A stretch of 64,000 nt of DNA from Patescibacteria group bacterium (GTDB lineage: Bacteria; Patescibacteriota; Microgenomatia; UBA10105; UBA927): the NCBI GenBank assembly GCA_038062895.1, contig JBBTWJ010000005.1:3715-67714 (forward strand). Direction: 5' to 3'. Of this stretch, positions 27,950-38,708 are shown one piece after another. Both the position numbers and the translations under genes were made by a program. Position 1 is the stretch's first letter. Every line of letters starts with the position of its first letter. The notes under the pieces were generated by a model. That model was not told the origin of the DNA, searched no databases, and was given only the letters and a program-made list of their open reading frames with translations.

Positions 27950-28819
27950 TCAATATGCATGTAATCCAAAATGATTAAATATATCCAATACCCCATTCTC
28001 ATTGACGTCCGGACCTATATAATAGGTTCCTTTTGGTCTTCCCGCAACAAGCTTTTTGAGATCTTCACTTGCATTTCCCATAGCGCTGGCAAAGCCGCAA
28101 ACCTCAAGAAAGTTCCAGTCCGTCAACCCGTCCCCGACGCCCAACGTTTGAGCAAGGGGTATGCCTGTGTGTCTGGCAATGGTGAGCGCTGCGCTCTTTT
28201 TCGAAATGCCGGGAGCCGTAACAATTCCAAAACGATATGGTATTGCAGTCGGATGAAGTCCCCACTGAAGCGAAATTGTATTTCCATAAGGAGCAAGCGC
28301 ATCGATAATTTCCTGCTTATCGTTCTCATCTTTGGAAACCGGCATGATTTTGACGACGTCACTCGTCACGACTACATCAGAAAGGGAATCGACGAGAGCG
28401 GGCTGGCGACCCAGTATCACTGTGTGTTTGGTCGTGATATCAGATGCAGCATCCTTGGCTATGAAGTACCCGTCAACGGTATAAAGTTCGACATACGTCC
28501 CACGAGACAAAAGTACTTCTAGTATCTTTTTTGCAATAGTTCTCGCGATACCATGCTTTTCGATCACGGCATTATTGAAAAAATCCATCACCACCGCCCC
28601 TCCATCACCGATATGAAGATTGTTGAGATGTGCGGCTTTTACAATTTCTTTAATGGCAAATGTGCCTTTGCCGGTACAGAGGCTCACGGGTATACCCTTC
28701 TCCCGAAGATGTTTGAGGGCCGCGATGACATGAGGGTGCGGCATCGGATTATTGATACCTTTTTTGCTACCGACGATCACTCCATCCACATCAAGAATAA
28801 TGCCTTTAATCATACCCAT
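27950..28819 (-). CDS. Cof-type HAD hydrolase
   Basis: DVDGVI, CTGK, GVGDGLTD. Confidence 0.88.
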   Translation of the reverse strand: MGMIKGIILDVDGVIVGSKKGINNPMPHPHVIAALKHLREKGIPVSLCTGKGTFAIKEIVKAAHLNNLHIGDGGAVVMDFFNNAVIEKHGIARTIAKKILEVLLSRGTYVELYTVDGYFIAKDAASDITTKHTVILGRQPALVDSLSDVVVTSDVVKIMPVSKDENDKQEIIDALAPYGNTISLQWGLHPTAIPYRFGIVTAPGISKKSAALTIARHTGIPLAQTLGVGDGLTDWNFLEVCGFASAMGNASEDLKKLVAGRPKGTYYIGPDVNENGVLDIFNHFGLHAY

Positions 28820-28842
28820 GATAAATGTTTCTATCCAATTCT

Positions 28843-29361
28843 CTATTTATCTTTCTTCACCCTATATTTCACTTGTAACAAATCATCGTTTATCTTCTCA
28901 AAACTTACGAGCTCCAACTGCATATAGGGAAAATCTGCTTCAAACAGATGGATACCTTTTGCCATTATTAGGGGATGAATATCGAGGATGATGTCATCGA
29001 TGAGTCCGACTTTGAGAAACGACCCGTTCACGTGGCCGCCGCCGATAATAAGTACGCGATCTAATCCTCGTTGTTCAACAAGTTTTAATACTCCTTGCGG
29101 TGTCGCATCGGTGAAGATGACGTCTCCCTTTGATTGAGTCAACAGCGCTTTGTCATGTGTCATGACGATATTGAGAGCGCCTTTGTACGGGAATGCGTTA
29201 TATTTGACGCACTCATCATACGTCCGCTTCCCCATGATGGCCACCCCTGCCTTCGCCGTCATGGCATACAACGCATCAATATCTTTGACCCACTCCGTAT
29301 CGTCATTGGGGCCGGCAACAAATCCATTGATCGTGATAGCCATGAGTAAGGTGACACGCAT
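28843..29361 (-). CDS. Dihydrofolate reductase/RibD C-terminal family protein
   Basis: AITINGFVA, MGKRTY, IIGGG, GIHLF. Confidence 0.88.
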   Translation of the reverse strand: MRVTLLMAITINGFVAGPNDDTEWVKDIDALYAMTAKAGVAIMGKRTYDECVKYNAFPYKGALNIVMTHDKALLTQSKGDVIFTDATPQGVLKLVEQRGLDRVLIIGGGHVNGSFLKVGLIDDIILDIHPLIMAKGIHLFEADFPYMQLELVSFEKINDDLLQVKYRVKKDK

Positions 29362-29377
29362 AGTCTGTAGTATAACC

Positions 29378-30658
29378 TCACGAACCGGATCTTGGTACTG
29401 TTTGCATCTTCCCTGCTACCCAACCACTTGCCCATGCCCATGAAAGATTAAACCCACCCACCATGCCATCGACATTGAGAATTTCCCCGGCAAAATAGAG
29501 TCCGTTCGCTTTCCGGGACGCAAGGGTCTGCGGATCCACCTCTGCCGTGTCTACGCCACCGGCCGTAAACTCCGCTTCGTTCCATCCTCGAGTCTCCGTC
29601 ACATCCGCCGTAAAGGCGATAAGCGTTTTGACGAGTCGGTCAATTTCCCCCCGGGTGATCTCTCCTGATAGCCGTTCCTTGGGAATCTCTGCCACTGCAC
29701 AGGCTGCTCCGGATGCTTTTTGCGTGAGCAGTCCCCATAAGCTGTGAGCCACGGGATACGACGGGTGACGTTGCCACCGCTCCGACAAAATTTTTCTCAC
29801 GCCATCAACGGGCGCATTTGGGAAAAAAGACAATCGCACGGATGTATCCGTTTTCTTTTCACGATTAATCCGCACAGAGAAATCGAAACTAATATCCAAT
29901 ATTGCCGGACCGGAAAATCCATACTGGGTAAACATGACATCTCCGACGGCAGTCGTCCGGTCTTGTCCACCCACAACGGACGTCGCCTGCATCACCATTT
30001 TTTCTCCCTGGAGGAAATGCGATAGAAAATTTTTGGAAACAATAGGGACGGCGCTGACCACAGGAGGAATAATGGTGTGACCGATACTTGCGGCTAAGTC
30101 ATATCCTGAACCATCAGATCCCAGGGATGGATATGTTTTTCCGCCGGAGGAAAGAATAATTATCCGGGCAGCATAGTCTCCTTTATCAGAAACGATTTTC
30201 CATGCGACTCCATTTTTGACAATCGCTGAAACAGACGTAGTACAAAAAATGCTGATCCCTTTTTCCACTAACGCGTCCACCAGCATATCGCGGACGGTCT
30301 TGGCGTGATCAATAACCGGAAATATTTTTCCTTTGTTCGTTTTCCTTTCTTCATAGACCGGCACGCCCAAATCATCAAAAAACTTCATGATATCCATGTA
30401 TCCGAATTGGTTAAAGACAGACGAAATGAATGGCATGTCCCCATGAAAAAAGCCATCGGGACCCTTATCCAGATTCCTATTGGTCAAATTTCCCCGACCG
30501 GCCCCGGCGGTCAAAAATTTCCGTCCCAATTCTGTCGTCCGGTCAATAATGGCAACGGAAAAAGTGGGGTGATGATGTTTCACGGAAAGGGCGGCCATGA
30601 TCCCCGCCGCACCCCCACCGATAATTGCGACATCAAATGATGTGTGTTGTGGTGCCAT
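29378..30658 (-). CDS. HI0933/BaiN family flavoprotein
   Basis: GGGAAG, GRGNLTN, SGGKTYP, FTAGGV, GGFNLSWAWASG. Confidence 0.92.
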   Translation of the reverse strand: MAPQHTSFDVAIIGGGAAGIMAALSVKHHHPTFSVAIIDRTTELGRKFLTAGAGRGNLTNRNLDKGPDGFFHGDMPFISSVFNQFGYMDIMKFFDDLGVPVYEERKTNKGKIFPVIDHAKTVRDMLVDALVEKGISIFCTTSVSAIVKNGVAWKIVSDKGDYAARIIILSSGGKTYPSLGSDGSGYDLAASIGHTIIPPVVSAVPIVSKNFLSHFLQGEKMVMQATSVVGGQDRTTAVGDVMFTQYGFSGPAILDISFDFSVRINREKKTDTSVRLSFFPNAPVDGVRKILSERWQRHPSYPVAHSLWGLLTQKASGAACAVAEIPKERLSGEITRGEIDRLVKTLIAFTADVTETRGWNEAEFTAGGVDTAEVDPQTLASRKANGLYFAGEILNVDGMVGGFNLSWAWASGWVAGKMQTVPRSGS

Positions 30659-30688
30659 AAAATTCAGGATCAATCGGGGTCTTTATAT

Positions 30689-31660
30689 TTATCCAGCAGA
30701 TGGAGTCGGCTTTCGATCCCAACGATGAGCCCTTAATTTTTTTATTAATTCAGAATGCAATGAGCCTTTTTCACTCGCTTTTGCATTGGCATCAACATTA
30801 ATGACCTTCCGCATGCCGGGGATAACAGTACTCACATCAGGATTAGAAAGAATAAACTGAAGTGCCATTTCCGGTAATGTCACATCTTTTGGTAAAAGTT
30901 TTTGTAGCTGTTGGGCCCGCTCGACGCTTGCCTTGAGATTATTGGGGCCAAAATAGCTATTGCGCCAGTCGCCTTCCGGCCAGTGACTTTCTAAACTCAG
31001 TGTTCCAGTCAACGTTCCTTCATCAAACGGGACCCGCGCAATGACCCCAACGTTTAACTCGCGGCATGCCGGAAAAAGTTTTTCTTCGGGAGCCTGATCA
31101 AAAATGTTATAGATTACCTCTACCACGTCGATGAGCCCCGTCCGCATGGCGCGGATGGCGTTCTCCGGTTCCCACCGGTCAATGCTTATACCAAATGCCT
31201 GGATGAGTCCATCGCGCTTCAGCTCTTCCACGGCTTTTTGCCACACCTCATCGTCCGCCCAAACATCATCCCATCCATGGAGCAATACGAGATCAAGCCT
31301 ATCCAATCCTAAATTCGTCAAACTTTTCTTTGTGTATTCTAGGAGATGTTCTGACGGAAATTCTTCGAGGAGTTTATATTCCGGTTTCATGGGATAACGG
31401 AAACTCTTTGGGGGGATTTTTGTCGCTGTATATAATCGTTGGTTTGGATAACTTTTCAGAAGCTGTCCCAATAATTTTTCACTCCGGCCATTGCCATAGA
31501 CCCACGCCGTATCAAAAAAAATTACTCCTAATTCTACAGATCGATGAAGTGCATCAAGCGATTCATTATCATCCGACCCCGTCCAACTCCCCATGCCCCA
31601 CATGCCATGGCCCAATTCACTTACCTTCCACCCTGTTTTTCCAAGCGTACGATAGGTCAT
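30689..31660 (-). CDS. Aldo/keto reductase (intact copy)
   Basis: YRTLGKTG..GHGMWGMG, FDTAWVYG.GRSE. Confidence 0.93.
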   Translation of the reverse strand: MTYRTLGKTGWKVSELGHGMWGMGSWTGSDDNESLDALHRSVELGVIFFDTAWVYGNGRSEKLLGQLLKSYPNQRLYTATKIPPKSFRYPMKPEYKLLEEFPSEHLLEYTKKSLTNLGLDRLDLVLLHGWDDVWADDEVWQKAVEELKRDGLIQAFGISIDRWEPENAIRAMRTGLIDVVEVIYNIFDQAPEEKLFPACRELNVGVIARVPFDEGTLTGTLSLESHWPEGDWRNSYFGPNNLKASVERAQQLQKLLPKDVTLPEMALQFILSNPDVSTVIPGMRKVINVDANAKASEKGSLHSELIKKLRAHRWDRKPTPSAG

Positions 31661-32037
31661 AATGGAAAAAAATTAAGCTGATGCTCTGGTATTCCGAGAG
31701 AAGTTCCATAGCGTTTCACTAAGCCATATTGCTCTTTGCTTTTTCGCTCTATATAGAAAATCTTATCACGAAAAATAATATAGTGATTGGTCTCATTTTT
31801 GAAATCTGCATACCATGAACCACCATGATTCCGGTCAAGGGACGCACTAATTGCTACGCTAATTTCTTTTGCCTTTCCATCCGGGACTTCCACTGTGTGA
31901 AGGGTCCACTGCGTAAGCCAAGGTGTTTTATGATACCTCGTCACCGCCTCAACATTCGTTGAGGTAATTTTTACCATCTTGAGAATATCGAGATTCTCAA
32001 GAGATTCCTCGATGATCACCCCATGAAAATATACCAT
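31657..32037 (-). CDS. Hypothetical protein
   Basis: GVIIEESL..WYADF..GIPEHQL. Confidence 0.75.
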   Translation of the reverse strand: MVYFHGVIIEESLENLDILKMVKITSTNVEAVTRYHKTPWLTQWTLHTVEVPDGKAKEISVAISASLDRNHGGSWYADFKNETNHYIIFRDKIFYIERKSKEQYGLVKRYGTSLGIPEHQLNFFPL

Positions 32038-32058
32038 ATGAATTTAGGGATTTTATTA

Positions 32059-32526
32059 CTATTTCTTTCTAATACGAATTCGTCGCAAACCATACTTCTC
32101 AAATTCAATTTCATAAATAACAATGCATTCTGTTCTTTTTATAAATCGTTCATCCCGTGACATGTGCTTTATTTCCGCTTCTGTGTACTTTTCAAAAAAA
32201 TCCCTTTCTCCCAATCCTTCAGCCAACTTATCCCACATGCTTTCCTCATCGTATGCTTCATGCATCCTATGAACATCGGTATTTTCCTCAAATACCCGGG
32301 TTGGATAATAACGATCTCCATCGGACGCCTCATGAGCCATATATTTATCTAATCCAAACTTTGGTGCTTGAGAAAAAATATAATCTTCAACTTGCTCATA
32401 ATCTTTCCGCAAATCATCCACTCTATACCCATTAGCCATCCAGTTACCCAAAAACACTGCTTTCATAACAGTAAAAAACTGTTGCTTGGTAAATACGATG
32501 GAAATCGTAGGATTACTTTTTTTCAT
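32059..32526 (-). CDS. Hypothetical protein
   Basis: 155-aa co-oriented ORF. Confidence 0.7.
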   Translation of the reverse strand: MKKSNPTISIVFTKQQFFTVMKAVFLGNWMANGYRVDDLRKDYEQVEDYIFSQAPKFGLDKYMAHEASDGDRYYPTRVFEENTDVHRMHEAYDEESMWDKLAEGLGERDFFEKYTEAEIKHMSRDERFIKRTECIVIYEIEFEKYGLRRIRIRKK

Positions 32527-32639
32527 ATCTTCGTTTTATACTCGCATCTCGCCCCCCTATTAGCTTCAGATTATTTGAAAAGAATTTGAACCCCTAATCC
32601 CACTTTGTCAAAAGCATGATAGTGCATAGAATTATTGTG

Positions 32640-33041
32640 TCACACGACGTAATCCTGTCTCAAATTGTCCGTCAAAAAGTTTTTGAGCGCTATCATGTCT
32701 TTTTTCTCTGGATCGTATAGATATGATGTGATACCAACCGACTCCGCGCTTTTTACAACCTTTGGATCATGCTCAAAATAAATAACGTCGTCTGGTTGTA
32801 ATCCGAATTGTCCAAGCATTATCTCATAATATGTTGGGTCTGTTTTCTCTGGATTATGTTTGAGTGTAAAAACTTCATACGGCGTATTTTTCAAACCAAA
32901 CTCCTCAAACTGTTCATCATTTGCTCCTGTCAATATAATTTTTCTGTTCGGAAATGTTTCAAGCAGATCGTACATTTCCTTAAAGACACCATCGCCCTCT
33001 ATTACAAACGTGTCTACCGCATCAACGAGAATTATTCTCAT
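32640..33041 (-). CDS. Degenerate HAD-like protein
   Basis: ILVDAVDT, LTGAN, PEKTDP, YFEH. Confidence 0.7.
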   Translation of the reverse strand: MRIILVDAVDTFVIEGDGVFKEMYDLLETFPNRKIILTGANDEQFEEFGLKNTPYEVFTLKHNPEKTDPTYYEIMLGQFGLQPDDVIYFEHDPKVVKSAESVGITSYLYDPEKKDMIALKNFLTDNLRQDYVV

Positions 33042-33061
33042 ATATCTAAATCTCTTAATAT

Positions 33062-34249
33062 CTATAACTTATTTTCTTCTTTCCAAATGTTGGCTACTGC
33101 TTTTGCAATAATATTAGGGACGCTTTTATCCAGCGGGGAAGGAAGAATGTTGGTGGCGGTTGGATGTTTGACGGTCGAGGCCAGAGCAAACGAGGCGGCG
33201 ATCTTCATGCTGTTGGTGATTGTCGTTGCCCGCGCTTGTATCGCTCCCAAAAAAACTCCGGGGAATGCCAAGACGTTGTTGACCTGATTAGGAAAATCAG
33301 ACCGCCCCGTTCCCATGATAAAAGCGCCGGCTTTCCGGCCCTCGTCCGGCATGATTTCCGGATTAGGATTTGCCATGGCAAACACAATGGGTTTTTCACT
33401 CATGAGTTTGATCCACTCCGGACGCAACACGCCGCCGGTGCTGACGCCGATAAAAACATCTGCGCCATGCATGGCATCTTTCAGACTCCCCTCTATATCA
33501 TTTCTGTTGGTAATCGCGGCGAGCCGCCTCTTCCAAGGGTTCTCTGCTATGTCCGTTCTCTTTTTAGAAAGTATTCCTTTGGAATCACACACAATAATTT
33601 CCCGGACGGGCTCGCACACGTTCGGATCATGCCCGACGCATAAGAGAAGTTGAGCTATCGCCGTCCCCGCCGCACCTGCACCACTTATGACGACCTTTAG
33701 ACTTCTCATGTCTTTTTGGGCTACCTTCGTTGCGTTGATGAGCGCCGCAAGAAGTACAATTGCCGTGCCGTGCTGATCATCATGAAATACAGGGATGCCG
33801 ATGTCCTGGAGCGCTTCTTCTATCTCAAAACACCGGGGTGCAGAAATGTCTTCGAGATTCACGCCTGCAAAAACCGGGGAAATATTTTTGACGAGATTAA
33901 TGATTTCAAAAGAGTTTTGCGTATGAACAGTGATGGGGAATGCATTGATCCCTGCGTATTCTTTAAAAAGAAGAGCTTTCCCTTCCATGACCGGAATGGC
34001 GGCATACGGTCCGATGTTTCCCAGTCCCAAAACCGCGCTTCCGTCAGACACAATGGCAATAGAATTTCCCTTCATCGTCAGGTCATAGGCTTTGAGCGGA
34101 TCCCTCGCTATGTCCCGGGACACTTGCGCGACACCAGGGGTATACACGAGCGCAAGATCATGTTTATTTTTGACCGCTACCTTTGCTTGTATCTCAATCT
34201 TACCTTTTAGTTTTTTGTGAAGCCTCACGGACTCCTGATAGATATCCAT
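33062..34249 (-). CDS. NAD(P)-dependent malic enzyme
   Basis: YTPGVA, PVMEGKA, NLEDI, FHDDQHGTA, GRSDFPNQVNN. Confidence 0.95.
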   Translation of the reverse strand: MDIYQESVRLHKKLKGKIEIQAKVAVKNKHDLALVYTPGVAQVSRDIARDPLKAYDLTMKGNSIAIVSDGSAVLGLGNIGPYAAIPVMEGKALLFKEYAGINAFPITVHTQNSFEIINLVKNISPVFAGVNLEDISAPRCFEIEEALQDIGIPVFHDDQHGTAIVLLAALINATKVAQKDMRSLKVVISGAGAAGTAIAQLLLCVGHDPNVCEPVREIIVCDSKGILSKKRTDIAENPWKRRLAAITNRNDIEGSLKDAMHGADVFIGVSTGGVLRPEWIKLMSEKPIVFAMANPNPEIMPDEGRKAGAFIMGTGRSDFPNQVNNVLAFPGVFLGAIQARATTITNSMKIAASFALASTVKHPTATNILPSPLDKSVPNIIAKAVANIWKEENKL

Positions 34250-34289
34250 AGGTACTACGTAAGACAATAACTCAATTCGGAAGAATTCA

Positions 34290-35237
34290 TTATCCTGCCG
34301 ATGGCGCCGGTTTCCGGTCCCAGCGGTGACTTCGTAATTGTTTCATTAATGCAGGAGGCAATGACCCTTTTTCACCCGTAATCACATTTAAGTCAACGTT
34401 TTTCATCTTTCGCATGCCGGGGATGACCGTGCTCACGTCAGGATTAGTCAGGATAAACCGGAGTGCCATTTCCGGCAAGGTCATGTCCTTGGGTAATACT
34501 TTCTTTAATGCTTCTGCCCGCGCGACGCTCGCTTTGAGATTTTCCGGTCCAAAATATATGTTTCGCCAATCGCCTTCCGGCCAATGACTATCGAGCGTGA
34601 GATTGCCCGTCAATGTTCCCTCGTCAAATGGAACACGCGCAATGACTCCGACGTTTAGCTCGCGGCACACAGGAAATAATTTGTCTTCAGGCGCTTGGTC
34701 AAAAACATTGTAAATAACCTCAACCACGTCTATGAGGCCCGTTCGGATAGCTTTGATAGCATTTTCCGGTTCCCAGCGGTCAATGCTTATTCCAAAGGCC
34801 TGAATCAATCCTTTGCGCTTGAGCTCTTGTACGGCCTTTTGCCACGCATCATCATCCGCCCACACGTCATCCCAACCATGAAGCAATACCAAATCAAGCT
34901 TTTCTAATCCTAAATTTTTTAAACTTTTCTTCACATATTCAATCAGATGATCACGAGGATATTCTTCAGTAAGTTTATATTCCGGCTTCATGGGATACCG
35001 GAAACTTTTCGGAGGAATTTTGGTAGCCGCATAGAGGCGTTTGTTTGGATACTTTTGTAAAAGTTTGCCAAGAAGTTTTTCGCTCCGGCCATTGCCATAT
35101 ACCCACGCCGTGTCAAAGAAATTAACTCCACGTTCCACTGAACGATGCAAGGCATGAAGTGATTCCTTGTCATCCGATCCCGTCCAACTCAATTCGCTCA
35201 CCTTCCATCCTGTTTTTCCTAGTGTACGATAGTGCAT
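34290..35237 (-). CDS. Aldo/keto reductase paralog with 8-aa deletion (possibly inactive)
   Basis: Close paralog of 30689..31660 lacking GHGMWGMG. Confidence 0.8.
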   Translation of the reverse strand: MHYRTLGKTGWKVSELSWTGSDDKESLHALHRSVERGVNFFDTAWVYGNGRSEKLLGKLLQKYPNKRLYAATKIPPKSFRYPMKPEYKLTEEYPRDHLIEYVKKSLKNLGLEKLDLVLLHGWDDVWADDDAWQKAVQELKRKGLIQAFGISIDRWEPENAIKAIRTGLIDVVEVIYNVFDQAPEDKLFPVCRELNVGVIARVPFDEGTLTGNLTLDSHWPEGDWRNIYFGPENLKASVARAEALKKVLPKDMTLPEMALRFILTNPDVSTVIPGMRKMKNVDLNVITGEKGSLPPALMKQLRSHRWDRKPAPSAG

Positions 35238-35300
35238 ATGTTTTGCTGAAGACTATTATATCAGGGTTAACCCCACGCTAGATGATATAATCCTTCCATT

Positions 35301-35386
35301 GGAGGAGTGGCCCAGCGGCTACGGCACACCCTTGGAAAGGGTGCGGGAGCAATCCCTCGCAGGTTCGAGTCCTGTCTCCTCCGCCA
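35301..35386 (+). tRNA. tRNA-Ser(GGA)
   Basis: CACCC-TT-GGA-AA-GGGTG, long variable arm, encoded CCA. Confidence 0.96.
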
Positions 35387-35498
35387 TCACGTACAAAATA
35401 AATATCGGGTTATTCTGGCAATCCGGAGTGTTAGAAAAGCATGTTCTAACTGAAAAGTGAATTTGGCCTGAGAGGGGGCGGGATTAGAACCTAAAAAT

Positions 35499-36242
35499 AT
35501 GAATGACAGAGAATCATTGCCTACCTATCGTGTCGATGGGGATGTAGCTTGGTATGACCATTTTTTGCCAAAATTTGAGGGGAAGTCACTAATTGGCCTC
35601 ATAAATGGTATGACCAAGGAGGACACGGTTAAGGTTTTGGATCTTGGTGCTGGAGATTATACATTTGCCATCGATAGTCAGACCCGATGGAATGGAAAAG
35701 TAGCTATTACCGGTGTGAGCCGCGATAATTTTCTAACTCCAGAGCGGATGCGGACGATTGTTCAATTGGGAATTCAGACTATTCAGAGTGAAACGGTTGA
35801 TATACCACAGAAGCTTTCTCCCGATTATCAGCTTGCGGTATCAGTTCTAACTAATATTTATGACACGAAAGCAGATTACGTTGATATTATGTGGAGAATG
35901 CTAACAAATGGCGGCATTGGACTACTGGATAATTTACCCATAGCTTCTAAAATAAATGTTGCGGAATTAACAAGAACATTACGTCGGGAAGGATATGTGA
36001 TTGAGATCAAAAACGCTCATCAATTACTCCCAGATCGGATCATACATTCCAAGCCGCCTGCGACTCAACCGGTGCCTCAAAATGAACGTTTTGTATACCG
36101 TAAAGCATTGGAACAACTTCAGAATGAACAATCGAAACCGAGTAAGGAGCATGCTGTGCCGGTTACCGGCATAGCATTCCGGAAAGTTGATGGTAAGGGC
36201 AATTTAGGTAGGAGGATCCGGGAATTAACTCAGCGGCAGTAA
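35499..36242 (+). CDS. Class I SAM-dependent methyltransferase-like protein
   Basis: KVLDLGAG motif I. Confidence 0.7.
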   Translation: MNDRESLPTYRVDGDVAWYDHFLPKFEGKSLIGLINGMTKEDTVKVLDLGAGDYTFAIDSQTRWNGKVAITGVSRDNFLTPERMRTIVQLGIQTIQSETVDIPQKLSPDYQLAVSVLTNIYDTKADYVDIMWRMLTNGGIGLLDNLPIASKINVAELTRTLRREGYVIEIKNAHQLLPDRIIHSKPPATQPVPQNERFVYRKALEQLQNEQSKPSKEHAVPVTGIAFRKVDGKGNLGRRIRELTQRQ

Positions 36243-36518
36243 GGATTGATTTACGTTATAATTCAATTGCTTAGGATGAAGCACGGCAGTCTGGAAATAG
36301 GTTATAACTTTGTAAATGGTTCTCCGCATTGACGTTTCTTTGCGATCCTGAGAAAAGTCGAAGGAGAGCTTAGAAACGACAATGCCCTCCTAAATTTGCT
36401 CTTCGAGCCGCGCTACGAATAGTAAGTAAGGCGAGAAGTAAGAATGGAAGGGCAAGTTTGAATCGGAATTTAGCCTGAGCCCGACAGGAAGCGGGAATAG
36501 AACCCAACCTTAAATCAT

Positions 36519-36953
36519 ATGGAAATTGCGAAAGTTGACCATATACAGGAGGCAAAGGTATTGCTTGAACTGGATAATAAAGCATTCCACCGAGATTTTG
36601 ATTTACCCTCGAGAAACCTCCAAGAACAGATAGATTATTTGCAAGGAAGTGATGTTTATATTTTATACGATACTCATAAAGCTGTTGGATTTTTTGCTTT
36701 CAAGAAACAGGAGGATGGCATAGAGATTATGGCAATAGTGGTAACTCCGAAACAACAAAGAAAAGGATACGGAAAGACTATGATGAAAAAACTATTAGAA
36801 TTAACTACTGGTAATTCACTTCATTTAGTCACACATCCTAAAAATTCAGGTGCAATATCGTATTATCTAAAATCAGATTTTGAAATTTATGGATGGAAAG
36901 ATAACTATTATGGGGACGGTCAACCAAGGTTATTGTTGAAACGGACAAATTGA
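36519..36953 (+). CDS. GNAT acetyltransferase (RimI-like)
   Basis: QRKGYGK, N.GAISYY, YYGDG. Confidence 0.88.
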   Translation: MEIAKVDHIQEAKVLLELDNKAFHRDFDLPSRNLQEQIDYLQGSDVYILYDTHKAVGFFAFKKQEDGIEIMAIVVTPKQQRKGYGKTMMKKLLELTTGNSLHLVTHPKNSGAISYYLKSDFEIYGWKDNYYGDGQPRLLLKRTN

Positions 36954-37012
36954 TATTGCGATGTTTTAAAATAGGTTCTGATTAGTCATGGTCCGCATTG
37001 TTTTCTCCGCAT

Positions 37013-37771
37013 ATGAAATATAAAGCAGTAATTTTTGATCTCGACGGGACCGCTATTCCTGCTCTACCAAACGGTCTACCTTCCGACAGACTCATCAACA
37101 CGCTCAAGTCCAAAAAGGGTGCTCTGTATTTTTCCTGCGCAACCGGAAGAGCGTGGACGTTTTCTAAGCATGTGGTGCGGGCGCTTGACCTGCATGATCC
37201 GTGTATCATTTCAGCCGGTACGCAAATTGTTGATCCTCAAACAGGCAAAATCTTGTGGCAGGTGCTTATTGATCCGCCTGACGTGACACGAATTATTAAA
37301 TTACTGAAACCATACACCTATGAAATTTTAGTCAATGATGAATATCCGGGAGATGGTAAGTGTGCTGCAGACCGGGATCATAATTTTGCAATTAATTATA
37401 TTAATGCTCAAGCCGTCTCCATGACTGATGCGACGAAGATATGCAAGAAACTAGCAGCTGTAAAGGGAGTCACATCCACTAAGGTTCACAGTCAAACGCC
37501 CGGCCGGATCGATCTTCATATTACCCATAGTCAGGCAACAAAAAAACACGCAGTCCATAAACTTTGTGAAATGTTGGAGATTGCCACAAGCGAAACAATT
37601 GGTGTCGGAGACGGACTCAACGATCTTCATTTGTTTTCCGGAGTCGGATATAAAATAGCGATGGGGAACGCGGTACCAGAATTACAAAGCCAAGCTGATC
37701 GAATTATAGATTCCCTGGAACACGATGGGCTTGCCGCATATATTGAAGAATTGACAACGGAATACGTGTAA
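37013..37771 (+). CDS. Cof-type HAD hydrolase
   Basis: DLDGT, ATGR, GVGDGLND, AMGNA. Confidence 0.9.
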   Translation: MKYKAVIFDLDGTAIPALPNGLPSDRLINTLKSKKGALYFSCATGRAWTFSKHVVRALDLHDPCIISAGTQIVDPQTGKILWQVLIDPPDVTRIIKLLKPYTYEILVNDEYPGDGKCAADRDHNFAINYINAQAVSMTDATKICKKLAAVKGVTSTKVHSQTPGRIDLHITHSQATKKHAVHKLCEMLEIATSETIGVGDGLNDLHLFSGVGYKIAMGNAVPELQSQADRIIDSLEHDGLAAYIEELTTEYV

Positions 37772-37775
37772 TCCT

Positions 37776-38708
37776 ATGTCCTCCCGAACCAAAGCCATCA
37801 TTGCTATCATCATCGCATCCGTCTTGTGGGCTACGTCCGGAGTGTCTGCTAAGCTCCTCGTCCAGGTACTCAACCCTTTCGTCGCGGCATTTTACCGCTT
37901 CCTCATCGCATCGTTTTGCATACTTCCTTTCTTCTTGCGGGCAAAAAAACCAAAAGGATATCTCAAAAATCTCATACCGTTGGGACTCCTCGGTACCGCC
38001 AACATTATCTTTTTTTACATAGGCATGACGACCACGACAGCCAATGCCGCGGCCCTCGTCTACGCAGGGACACCACTTGCGACCGCGCTTCTGGCAAAGC
38101 TGCTCATCAAAGAAGACGTGTCGCGGAAAAAGTTTCTTGGGGTTTTGATCGGTCTCCTGGGAGTCGTCTTCATTGTCGTATTGCCGGTCTTGGACAAAAC
38201 GAACCAGCTCGTCGGTGATCTACGCGGAAATATATTTATATTGCTCGGACTCCTCTCCTGGGCGACCTATACGATATTTTCCCGAAAATATTTATCGAAC
38301 GGTACGTACACGCCATTTCTCATGGTCGGCGTGAACTTCTTCACTAATTGCGCCGTCACTCTGGTCATTGCCCTTGCTACCCGGCAGCAATTTCTTCCTC
38401 CGGAGGCTCTTACCTTCCGGTTTCTCTTAATCCTCATCTATACCGGTGTACTCCTTACCTTCGTGACGTATGGGCTTTTCCAATGGGCGATCCAACACAT
38501 ATCCGCGACAACCGCGTCGCTGAAAAACTATCTTGAGCCGGTTTTAGGAGTAGGTTTCAATTCCTTGTTGCTCGGAGAAACGATTACGGGGGGATTTCTC
38601 GCAGGAAGCATCCTCGTCATTATCGGCGTTATAATCACAACCGGGACAAAACTCATGGAGCAGGGTAAAAAATTACTTCAAAAACTCTTCGTGGATGGTG
38701 GCGCGTAG
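37776..38708 (+). CDS. EamA/DMT family transporter
   Basis: About 10 TM, YLEPV..LLGE. Confidence 0.9.
   Translation: MSSRTKAIIAIIIASVLWATSGVSAKLLVQVLNPFVAAFYRFLIASFCILPFFLRAKKPKGYLKNLIPLGLLGTANIIFFYIGMTTTTANAAALVYAGTPLATALLAKLLIKEDVSRKKFLGVLIGLLGVVFIVVLPVLDKTNQLVGDLRGNIFILLGLLSWATYTIFSRKYLSNGTYTPFLMVGVNFFTNCAVTLVIALATRQQFLPPEALTFRFLLILIYTGVLLTFVTYGLFQWAIQHISATTASLKNYLEPVLGVGFNSLLLGETITGGFLAGSILVIIGVIITTGTKLMEQGKKLLQKLFVDGGA

Noticed and set aside
32570-32600. tRNA fragment or att site (GGGTTCAAATTCT on minus strand)
   Set aside because: Too short; no acceptor-stem match to a tRNA in the window.
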